Assembly: GCA_965363405.1 (NCBI GenBank)
Contig: CBDTTR010000001.1
Span: 1-44,047 of the forward strand
DNA length: 44,047 nucleotides
Source: an uncultured bacterium
GTDB lineage: Bacteria > Desulfobacterota > WTBG01
Reading direction: 5' to 3'
Below are positions 35,302-42,670 of the stretch, in pieces. The translations under genes were made by a program, and so were the position numbers. Positions within the stretch are counted from its first letter, which is position 1. Every line of letters begins with the position of its first letter. Under the pieces are notes generated by a model. It saw only the letters and a program-made list of their open reading frames with translations. It was not told the DNA's origin and did not search any database.

Positions 35302-36399
35302 ATGGAAGGATTAGCATCTATTTCAAAATTTATTATGGGTGAATCATTGGAAGGGTTGGTGGTTATTAACCCTGATTATAGTATATCCTATGCCAGTTCT
35401 CTTATCTCTCAGTTGACGGAGCTGCGAGATGGAGAATTGCAGGGCAAGTTTTGCTACCAGATATTGCAACAAAGGGAAAATCCTTGTGAAGGAATGACTT
35501 CCCCCTGCCCTCTGCGGCAGGTTGTAGAATCTGGTAAGCCATTTAGGTCTTTTCAAAGTTTAATTAATTCAAAAAAGGAAGAGGTTCCTTTTGCTGTTGA
35601 TTGTTATCCTTTTAAAAATGAGGAGGGAAAGGTTGTGCAGGCCGTAAGTATTCTGAGGGATTTGTGTGAAGCAAGCAAAATAGAATCTGAGCTGGGAAGA
35701 ATGTACAGATTCGCTGCTATGGGAGAGCTTTTCCCCGGCATAGCTCATAACTTAAATACGCCCCTCTCTGCGGTGATGGCGAGAGCGGAGATGTTACTAG
35801 AGAGGTTAGAGGGACTGAAGAAAGGGGAAGAAGAAAGAGAGAATTCTTTTGAATCAAAACTGGATAAGAGTATAAGGGATGCTGGTGTTATTGTGGCCAA
35901 CGCCACGAAACTTTCGGTAATCATAAGGAATATGATGCAAAAAGGATTGCGGGAAAGTGAGGAAACTCCCCAGATGCTTAATCTGAGCCACCTGCTGAAA
36001 GAGGAACTCCAATTTTTGGAATCGGATATGAAGTTTAAACATGAATTAAAAAAGAGTTATTCCCTCGATGAATCTGTCCCCTTTATAGATGGGGTCTATT
36101 TTCATTTTTCTCAAAGCTTTGTAAATATCATTAGGAATGTTATGGAATCAATTGACAAATCGGAAGTTAAGGAGTTAAGCATCAGTTGTAAACATGATAA
36201 AGATAATATATATATTGAAATCCATGATACGGGATTGGAAGCAAATATGATAACACAGGAGAATCAGCCGTATACTGCTGCGGAAAAGCGATTGGCACAA
36301 ACTCGAGAGTTATTGAAACCTTATGATGCTGAGCTGAAGATTAGAAGCGAACCTCATGATAACCTTCACGCTATTCGTATTCCCTGTAAAAAACCGTGA
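35302..36399 (+). CDS. cytoplasmic PAS histidine kinase with a Cys-rich PAS core and atypical short ATP-binding domain
   Basis: I prefer the ATG at 35302, because the TTG at 35281 would lie about at the predicted TSS. PAS contains FCYQILQQRENPCEGMTSPCP. H-box GIAHNLNTPLSAV and N-box FVNIIRNVMESI are present. G1 is reduced to HDTG and no clear G2 box is seen. Confidence 0.8.
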   Translation: MEGLASISKFIMGESLEGLVVINPDYSISYASSLISQLTELRDGELQGKFCYQILQQRENPCEGMTSPCPLRQVVESGKPFRSFQSLINSKKEEVPFAVDCYPFKNEEGKVVQAVSILRDLCEASKIESELGRMYRFAAMGELFPGIAHNLNTPLSAVMARAEMLLERLEGLKKGEEERENSFESKLDKSIRDAGVIVANATKLSVIIRNMMQKGLRESEETPQMLNLSHLLKEELQFLESDMKFKHELKKSYSLDESVPFIDGVYFHFSQSFVNIIRNVMESIDKSEVKELSISCKHDKDNIYIEIHDTGLEANMITQENQPYTAAEKRLAQTRELLKPYDAELKIRSEPHDNLHAIRIPCKKP

Positions 36400-36432
36400 A
36401 TAGCATTAGCCTTTTTTAGGAATTCCTCAAGT

Positions 36433-36460
36433 TAAAGTTTTGGAAGTTTCTTGTCGATAA
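36433..36460 (+). promoter_or_regulatory. sigma28 (FliA)-type promoter
   Basis: TAAAGTTT (36433-36440), 12 nt, then GTCGATAA (36453-36460), compared with the consensus TAAAGTTT-N11-GCCGATAA. It lies 62 nt upstream of a GTG start with a GGAGG RBS. Confidence 0.65.
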
Positions 36461-36522
36461 ATTAATAAAAAAGGAATTTTTAAGAAATTGAACCAGTTGT
36501 TTAATGTTTTGGAGGTTTTTTA

Positions 36523-36843
36523 GTGCTAAGATCTGTAGATATACAACAGATTTTGCTGCATACAACGTCTGTAGAAAAAATTCAACAGGTTCAACAGCAG
36601 CACATGGATGTGGAGAAAAAATACTTTGCACTACAACTACAAGAAGAGATGAATCAGAAAAAAAGTGAAGTGCAAGATACGAAGGAAGCTGAAGAGGCCA
36701 AAATAAGAGAAGAAGACAAGAGAAGACAACAGAAGGAAGAGTATAAGTTTGGTTCTGACAGAAACAAGCAAGGCAGTGATAAACATAAAAAGAGAGAATT
36801 GGAAGAGATAGACCAGGGTAAAATCCTAGATCTTATTGTTTAA
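36523..36843 (+). CDS. hyper-charged 106-aa protein of unknown function
   Basis: GTG start 7 nt after GGAGG. Q-rich N-terminus (SVDIQQILLHTTSVEKIQQVQQQH), then a K/E/R/Q-rich region. No FlgM-like C-terminal motif. Confidence 0.6.
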   Translation: MLRSVDIQQILLHTTSVEKIQQVQQQHMDVEKKYFALQLQEEMNQKKSEVQDTKEAEEAKIREEDKRRQQKEEYKFGSDRNKQGSDKHKKRELEEIDQGKILDLIV

Positions 36844-36869
36844 ATATCTCTCAATGAGGAGGGTGGGAA

Positions 36870-37331
36870 ATGGCAAGCTATACTGTTGAATTCTGGTTGA
36901 TTCTCCAAATGATTATAGAGGTTTTACTCTGTGGTATCATTGGTTACTATGTCTACCATGAGAAGAGTAAAAAGGTAGAAGTGAGACAGGAACAAGAGAA
37001 GATAAAGATACTTATGGGTTCACTGCAAAGTTTTATTGCAAAATCTGACGATTTGGACAAAAAACATCAAAAGGTACTAAAGCTCTGGGAGAAGATAGAA
37101 AAGAGAGGAGAGGCAATAGAAGCGTATATTGATTACTATGAAAGAAAGCTTAAGTCTTCCCCTGAAGGGGAAAAAGCTGGGGAAGGATCAGACAGTGTAG
37201 AATCAAGTGTTGCCTGTTATGAAAAAACCTCCCGCTTGATTGAGAAAGGATTGTCTGCAGAAAAAATTGCTCAGACAGTTGGGTTACCAAAGGGAGAAGT
37301 TGAGTTGATCATGAATCTTAAAAGGCAGTAA
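36870..37331 (+). CDS. membrane-anchored coiled-coil protein with a C-terminal HTH-like motif
   Basis: N-terminal TM (FWLILQMIIEVLLCGIIGYYVY), coiled coil, and C-terminal GLSAEKIAQTVGLPKGEVELIMNLK. From memory, the architecture resembles the DUF2802/SwrB-type proteins seen in other flagellar loci. Confidence 0.65.
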   Translation: MASYTVEFWLILQMIIEVLLCGIIGYYVYHEKSKKVEVRQEQEKIKILMGSLQSFIAKSDDLDKKHQKVLKLWEKIEKRGEAIEAYIDYYERKLKSSPEGEKAGEGSDSVESSVACYEKTSRLIEKGLSAEKIAQTVGLPKGEVELIMNLKRQ

Positions 37332-37358
37332 TTGACCATCCAGAAACACACATTTATT

Positions 37359-37406
37359 AGAAAGCAGGAAGTGAAAGTCAACATTCGTTCTTCTTGCTTT
37401 CTTTTT
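37359..37406 (+). terminator. Rho-independent terminator
   Basis: AGAAAGCAGGAAG (37359-37371) pairs with CTTCTTGCTTTCT (37390-37402): 13 bp including one G-U, with an 18-nt loop. The 3' arm runs into a T-tract ending at 37406. Confidence 0.8.
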
Positions 37407-37488
37407 ATGAGAATAGCTGCCAAGACGCTAACTACGAGAAGTGTATTAGAAAATAAGACAATTTATATAATTATGGAAAAAATTAAAG

Positions 37489-38655
37489 ATGTTAGAAGAG
37501 ATACATGCTGAATCGATAGTCCGTCAAAATTTTACTCTCTTACTATCCTCCTCACAGAAGAGCACATTTATTGACAATCTTGCTGTGGGTCAACTGCTGG
37601 AGGGAGAGGTTGTGAGGTTTGTAAGTGATCATAGGCTCCTAATCAATTTTAAGGGATTTGAGGTAATTGCTGAGAGTATGATTGCGCTTAAACCTGGACA
37701 ACAGATACAAACAAGAGTGGTTCAGACTCATCCTCAAGTGGTGATGACACTGATGACGGAAGGGATTCCGGACCCAAAAGCGCTCTCTTTGCTAAGATCT
37801 TATCTGCCGTTACAAGTTGATTGGGGAGAGGTGATAGAAAGTCTTGGAAATGTTTTAAATGATGAAAAACTTCACCTGCTGGAAATAGTGGTTGATAAAA
37901 GATTGCTGGAAAAAGTGACATCTTCTCTTTCTTCTTTATCATTTGATAAAGATAAAGCAGGTGATGGTGAAAAGATTAAGCAGTTTATGGAGAACTCGGG
38001 GCTTCTCTATGAATCGAAGCTAAAGGAGTTCTTATCCTTTGGGAAAATATTGCCTAAGCAACTTATAGAAATCGTTGAGAAAGACTTTAAAGGATTACTG
38101 CTTAAGCTTTCTCAAGAACTGGAGAAAGCAACAGAAAAGGTTGATGCGTATGGAAATATTGTCTTGAAGGATACGGTAGAAAACCTGTTAAGAACAGTAA
38201 ATTCATCGATAAAAAGGATTGAGCTTCATCAACTAGTTAATTGTTTGACCACAAAGAATGATCAGCAGCTGGTTTTTCAAATACCCTTGGTATTGCCAGA
38301 AGGTATTAAAAATGCAGAACTCTATATCCGATATGGTTACCAAAAAGGCAGAAAAAAGAAGGTTAACAAGGATGACTGTCAAATTGTTTTTCTTCTTAAA
38401 ATGAGAGGTTTGGGAAATCTGAGGATTGATACGCATTTAGTTAAAAAGAAGATTAGCTGTATAATTCAGGCAGACAGTAGAGAAATTGCCAGCTTTGTGA
38501 GTAGGAATATTTCTGAGCTTCATAATCGGCTAGAATCTTTGAACTATAAGACAGAGAAAATTTCTTGTATAGTAAGAAAAGAGAATATTAGACAAGAGCT
38601 TCCACTTCAAGGTTTTTCTTTATTTGAAATGAAGCTTATTGATATTATTGCTTGA
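37489..38655 (+). CDS. FliK-like (Flg_hook-type C-terminal domain) protein, second copy
   Basis: The C-terminal region LKMRGLGNLRIDTHLVKKKISCIIQADSREIASFVSRNISELHNRLESLNY follows the hook-length-control domain pattern. It is paired with a downstream FlhB_C-like gene. Weak RBS. Confidence 0.6.
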   Translation: MLEEIHAESIVRQNFTLLLSSSQKSTFIDNLAVGQLLEGEVVRFVSDHRLLINFKGFEVIAESMIALKPGQQIQTRVVQTHPQVVMTLMTEGIPDPKALSLLRSYLPLQVDWGEVIESLGNVLNDEKLHLLEIVVDKRLLEKVTSSLSSLSFDKDKAGDGEKIKQFMENSGLLYESKLKEFLSFGKILPKQLIEIVEKDFKGLLLKLSQELEKATEKVDAYGNIVLKDTVENLLRTVNSSIKRIELHQLVNCLTTKNDQQLVFQIPLVLPEGIKNAELYIRYGYQKGRKKKVNKDDCQIVFLLKMRGLGNLRIDTHLVKKKISCIIQADSREIASFVSRNISELHNRLESLNYKTEKISCIVRKENIRQELPLQGFSLFEMKLIDIIA

Positions 38656-38733
38656 TTGGATGGATCCCATCAATTACGTGCATGCGGTGGTATCAAAGGG
38701 GTTGTGAAAAACATGTTTTATAGTGGAATTTAA

Positions 38734-39030
38734 ATGAAGGGAAAAGAAAGAAAATTATTTAAAAAAGCGGTGGCTTTAAAATATGAACCACACAGGCATG
38801 AAGCCCCAATCGTAACTGCCAAGGGACAGGGGCTTGTTGCTGAAAAAATTATTGAAGTAGCTAAAAAAAAGCATATCCCCATCAAGGATGACCCCGATTT
38901 GGTGCAGATACTTTCCCAGCTTGAACTGGGAGACCAGATCCCTTCCGCTGTCTATCAAGTAGTAGCTGAGATATTTTCCTTCATCTACCATCTTAACAAC
39001 AAGTATCAGGAAGAGAAACACACCAGATAA
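38734..39030 (+). CDS. free-standing FlhB C-terminal-domain protein (FlhX/YlqH-like)
   Basis: 98 aa. AVALKYEPHRHEAPIVTAKGQGLVAEKIIEVAKKKHIPIKDDPDLVQIL...IPSAVYQVVAEIFSFIY aligns with the post-cleavage FlhB segment, e.g. this locus's own FlhB (LAIALEYNAQQMTAPKVIAKGTRLMAERIREVARKNQVPIMENKPLAQAL...IPMVFYKAVAEILSYVY). Confidence 0.85.
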   Translation: MKGKERKLFKKAVALKYEPHRHEAPIVTAKGQGLVAEKIIEVAKKKHIPIKDDPDLVQILSQLELGDQIPSAVYQVVAEIFSFIYHLNNKYQEEKHTR

Positions 39031-39068
39031 CCTTCCCTATCAGCACCCCTTTTTTTAATACAGTTTTA

Positions 39069-39129
39069 GCAGGTAGGAAGAAAATTCCTAGTAAGGCAGG
39101 TATTTAAATATTGATGATGAAAGCAGGTA
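39069..39129 (+). repeat. three direct GCAGGTA repeats in exact 27-bp phase, candidate enhancer for the flgF promoter
   Basis: Copies at 39069-39075, 39096-39102 and 39123-39129; copies 1 and 3 extend to AGCAGGTAG. They lie 73-127 nt upstream of the -24 GG. Confidence 0.4.
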
Positions 39130-39194
39130 GTGGGGCGAGAATAATTTTTATTATATTTCAATATGTTACAAGAATTCTTCCCGCTTGATAGGAA

Positions 39195-39210
39195 TGGCAT
39201 AGCTCTTGCT
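39195..39210 (+). promoter_or_regulatory. sigma54 (-24/-12) promoter of the flgF operon
   Basis: TGGCATAGCTCTTGCT, with GG-N10-GC spacing exact. It shares the TGGCATAG half with the motA promoter and ends 35 nt before the flgF ATG. Confidence 0.8.
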
Positions 39211-39245
39211 TTATTATTTAGAAAATATGACTGAGGAGAAAACCC

Positions 39246-40064
39246 ATGAGTTTTGGACTTTATACGGCTGTTTGTGGGAGTAGATGCCAGGAGAATAGAC
39301 TGGAGATCCTTTCCAATAACCTTGCTAATGTAAGTACGGCAGGTTTTAAAGAAGATAGACCGATTTTCAGAGTGTCTAATCCAAGGATAGAGAATTCCGT
39401 TGTGATTAACGATCCAGCCGCTCACAGGAAGTTCATGCTTTCCCAAAAACTGAATATAAACTATCCGGCATTTTCTGGTATCAAAACAGATTTTTCCACT
39501 GGACAAATGAAATATACCGGAAATCAGCTGGATGTTGCAATAAGGGGCCAAGGATTTTTTGTTGTGGATACACCACAAGGGGAACTCTATACTCGAATGG
39601 GAAACTTTTCCATAAACGATAAAAATAAATTGGTTACGCAAGAGGGTTATCTTTTAAAAGGGAAAGAGAAGAAGGGGAAAGGGGAGCAAGAAAAAGAGGA
39701 ACATATAGAGATCACAGGAACAGAAATTTCTTTTAATAAGGATGGTACGATAAGTGTGGGTGGTGAACAGAGTAATACCTTAACAGTCGTTGATACCTTA
39801 AGGGTGGTTGATTTTAAAGATTATTCAAGTTTAAGGAAAGAAGGTAGTAATTTATTTAAGAATGTAGGAGGTGAAAAAAACAAGATAAAAGCAGAAGAAT
39901 ATGAAATAGACCAGCACTTCCTGGAATTATCCAGTGTTAACGTAGTAAAAGAGATGCTAAAGATGATTGATGTATTAAGGACATATGAGTCTTATCAGAA
40001 GGTTATTCAATCCCTGGACGAAATTGATTCCAGGGCAACCAGAGATGTAGGTGCAGTTGCATAA
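39246..40064 (+). CDS. flgF: rod protein FlgF
   Basis: N-terminal LEILSNNLANVSTAGFK and C-terminal NVVKEMLKMIDVLRTYESYQKVIQSLDE. Positioned before flgG. Confidence 0.9.
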   Translation: MSFGLYTAVCGSRCQENRLEILSNNLANVSTAGFKEDRPIFRVSNPRIENSVVINDPAAHRKFMLSQKLNINYPAFSGIKTDFSTGQMKYTGNQLDVAIRGQGFFVVDTPQGELYTRMGNFSINDKNKLVTQEGYLLKGKEKKGKGEQEKEEHIEITGTEISFNKDGTISVGGEQSNTLTVVDTLRVVDFKDYSSLRKEGSNLFKNVGGEKNKIKAEEYEIDQHFLELSSVNVVKEMLKMIDVLRTYESYQKVIQSLDEIDSRATRDVGAVA

Positions 40065-40089
40065 CAACAAAAGGTAAAAGGAGGGTAAG

Positions 40090-40881
40090 ATGCCATTAAG
40101 GTCTTTATCGACAGCAGCTTCAGGAATGCAGGCACAAGCGATCAATATTGATGTTATTTCTAACAATCTTGCTAATGTAAATACAACAGGTTATAAAAGG
40201 AGCAGGATTGATTTTCAGGATTTAATGTATCAGAACATGCGGATTGCGGGCGCTGCATCTTCATCAGGTACCGAGCTTCCAACATCCAACCAGATAGGTC
40301 TCGGAACTAAAGTGGCATCCGTTGCGAAGATTTTTGCACAGGGAGATTACAAACAGACAGGAAATAATCTTGATTTAGCCATTGACGGAAATGGATTTTT
40401 CCAGATTACTACCCCGGAAGGAGAAATAGCATATAGTCGAGCAGGATCCTTCAAGCTGGATGGTGATGGGAACATAGTTACCTCAGATGGTTATTTGCTT
40501 GAACCTCAAATTACTGTGCCCAGCAATACCGTTCAACTGACAGTCGGTCCAGATGGAACAGTGACGGTGATGAATGCTGGAGAAATAACACCTTCAGAAA
40601 TAGGAAAAATTGAAACGGTAAGATTTGCTAATCCTGCTGGTTTAAATGGTGTAGGGAAGAATCTGTTTATGGAATCGGAGACTTCAGGAACCCCTACAAC
40701 TGGCACACCAGGCGAGGATGGTCTTGGTACCCTCTCGCAGGGTTATCTGGAGATGTCGAATGTCAATGTAGTGGAAGAAATGGTTTCTATGATTGCCGCT
40801 CAAAGGGCATACGAGATCAATGGTAAAGCTATTCAGACATCAGATGAGATGTTACAGATGGCAAACAACGTTAAACGTTAA
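40090..40881 (+). CDS. flgG: distal rod protein FlgG
   Basis: [17 protein letters not shown] and C-terminal [31 protein letters not shown]. 263 aa. Confidence 0.96.
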   Translation: MPLRSLSTAASGMQAQAINIDVISNNLANVNTTGYKRSRIDFQDLMYQNMRIAGAASSSGTELPTSNQIGLGTKVASVAKIFAQGDYKQTGNNLDLAIDGNGFFQITTPEGEIAYSRAGSFKLDGDGNIVTSDGYLLEPQITVPSNTVQLTVGPDGTVTVMNAGEITPSEIGKIETVRFANPAGLNGVGKNLFMESETSGTPTTGTPGEDGLGTLSQGYLEMSNVNVVEEMVSMIAAQRAYEINGKAIQTSDEMLQMANNVKR

Positions 40882-40898
40882 GATAAGGTGATACCATT

Positions 40899-41879
40899 AT
40901 GCGTATAGTACTTAGAATAAAATGGGTTTTGATTACAGGAATGGTTTTTTTACTCCTCTCTTGGAATTGCCCCTTTGTTTTGGCGAGGACCGTAGTTAAG
41001 GTTCCAGAGCGTGCTAAAGTGAATTCAAAACTGATCAGTTTGGGTGAAATTGCCGACATTAAAGGGGACGATAGTCAACTGGTGGAGGCATTAAAATCAA
41101 TCGTACTGGGCAAGGCACCCCTGCCTGGTGAGATGAGAGAGATTAGTGACCGCTATGTTGAGATGAAGGTTAAACAAAAGGGTATCGATCCCTCGACACT
41201 GACGCTGGATCTCCCTGAAAAAATCGAAGTGCTAAGAGAATCTATTGAGATATCTCCCAAAGAGATAGAGAAAATCGTAAAGCAGTTCATTCATCAAAAG
41301 ATGCCTTGGGATTCTAAACAGGTGACTATCAAGACTTCACCAACAAAGGGGATTGTCCTGGCTGCAGGGGAAATTACCTATGAAGTTGTTCCTCAAAAAA
41401 GGGAAGATTATCTGGGAGTTAGCAATCTTTCAGTAATTTTTATGGTGAATGGGAGAGTAGAAAGGAAACTTTGGGTTAATGCTCATATAGATGTGAGTAA
41501 AGAAGTAGTGGTTAGCAACCATCTATTAAGAAGGCATTACACTATTACAGAAGGGGATATACGTTTGGAGAAAATGAATCTCGCAGAGCTTTCCGCCAAT
41601 GTGGTCACTGATCCTCTTGAGGTGATAGGGAAAAGGACTAAAAGAGCAATAGATCCTAACCTTCCTCTTAAGCTTAATTTCCTGGAAGTACCACCCCTGG
41701 TTAGACGTGGTGACCTGGTAACCATAGTTGCTGAATCAGACACTTTAAAAATTACTACTCAGGGCATTGTGAGTGAGAATGGTTGTAAGGGAGAGATGGT
41801 GAGAGTGATCAATACCAATTCTCGAAAAGATGTCTATGCCAGAGTGGTTGATTCGCGAACAGTAGCAGTAGATTTTTAA
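40899..41879 (+). CDS. flgA: P-ring assembly chaperone FlgA
   Basis: Signal peptide. C-terminal SAF-type domain VRRGDLVTIVAESDTLKITTQGIVSENGCKGEMVRVINTNSRKDVYARVV. Confidence 0.88.
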   Translation: MRIVLRIKWVLITGMVFLLLSWNCPFVLARTVVKVPERAKVNSKLISLGEIADIKGDDSQLVEALKSIVLGKAPLPGEMREISDRYVEMKVKQKGIDPSTLTLDLPEKIEVLRESIEISPKEIEKIVKQFIHQKMPWDSKQVTIKTSPTKGIVLAAGEITYEVVPQKREDYLGVSNLSVIFMVNGRVERKLWVNAHIDVSKEVVVSNHLLRRHYTITEGDIRLEKMNLAELSANVVTDPLEVIGKRTKRAIDPNLPLKLNFLEVPPLVRRGDLVTIVAESDTLKITTQGIVSENGCKGEMVRVINTNSRKDVYARVVDSRTVAVDF

Positions 41880-41912
41880 GAGATAAAAACAGAAAAGAGT
41901 CGGGGGTATAAG

Positions 41913-42638
41913 ATGATGAAGTTGTTTTATCTGTGGATTGGTATCGGAATTATATTACTACCAGCAATTGCCTTATCCGGAGGCATAGGTTTTGTAGAGA
42001 TACCTGCCTCTGTTTCAGGGCATCTTGAAGACCAGGCAAAAGAACTAAAAAAGGATTTATCCTTTTATCGTTATGAAGGTTCTCTCTGGGAAGAAAGAAG
42101 TTCATCTCTTTATATGGATGACACAGCCAGGAGAATCAATGATATCCTGACCATAGAGATTGATGAGTTATCTAATGCCTCTCAGCAGGTTTCAACCAAG
42201 ACTTCGAGGGATAGCAGCATCATCGCAAAAATTACCGAGTTCCTTGGTTCTCCTCTCGATTTTGGTCTTGATAATTTTTGGGGGAAGGGAAATCCATTTA
42301 AGCCCGAGATTCAAAGTTCAGCGAAGAGTTCTCATAGTGGTTCGGGTAAGATTACGGGCAGTGGGAAGTTGATTGCCAGCATTACGGCTAAAGTGACAGA
42401 GGTTATGCCTAACGGAAATCTTATCGTTGAAGGGAGAAAAGAAGTTACCATCGAAAAAGAGAAACGCTTCATCATATTAAGCGGCATGGTTCGTCCTGAA
42501 GATATTGAGTTTAATAATACTGTTTCTTCAAGCAAGGTAGCTGATGCGAGGATTGAATACACTGGAACAGGTGTAATTAGTGACAAACAAAGCCCCGGTA
42601 TTTTCCATCGCATCTTCGATTGGGTTTATCCGCTCTAA
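41913..42638 (+). CDS. flgH: L-ring protein FlgH (no lipobox cysteine)
   Basis: Conserved GSLW...INDILTIEIDE...GNLIVEGRKEV...LSGMVRPEDI. The signal peptide ends LSGG, and the protein contains no Cys at all. Confidence 0.92.
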   Translation: MMKLFYLWIGIGIILLPAIALSGGIGFVEIPASVSGHLEDQAKELKKDLSFYRYEGSLWEERSSSLYMDDTARRINDILTIEIDELSNASQQVSTKTSRDSSIIAKITEFLGSPLDFGLDNFWGKGNPFKPEIQSSAKSSHSGSGKITGSGKLIASITAKVTEVMPNGNLIVEGRKEVTIEKEKRFIILSGMVRPEDIEFNNTVSSSKVADARIEYTGTGVISDKQSPGIFHRIFDWVYPL

Positions 42639-42670
42639 TTGGCAAGGATTTATAACGGGGGGAAAGATTT

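Noticed and set aside
36400-36430. A-run ... T-run after the PAS kinase stop as a terminator.
   Set aside because: No self-complementary stem could be found between the A and T runs.
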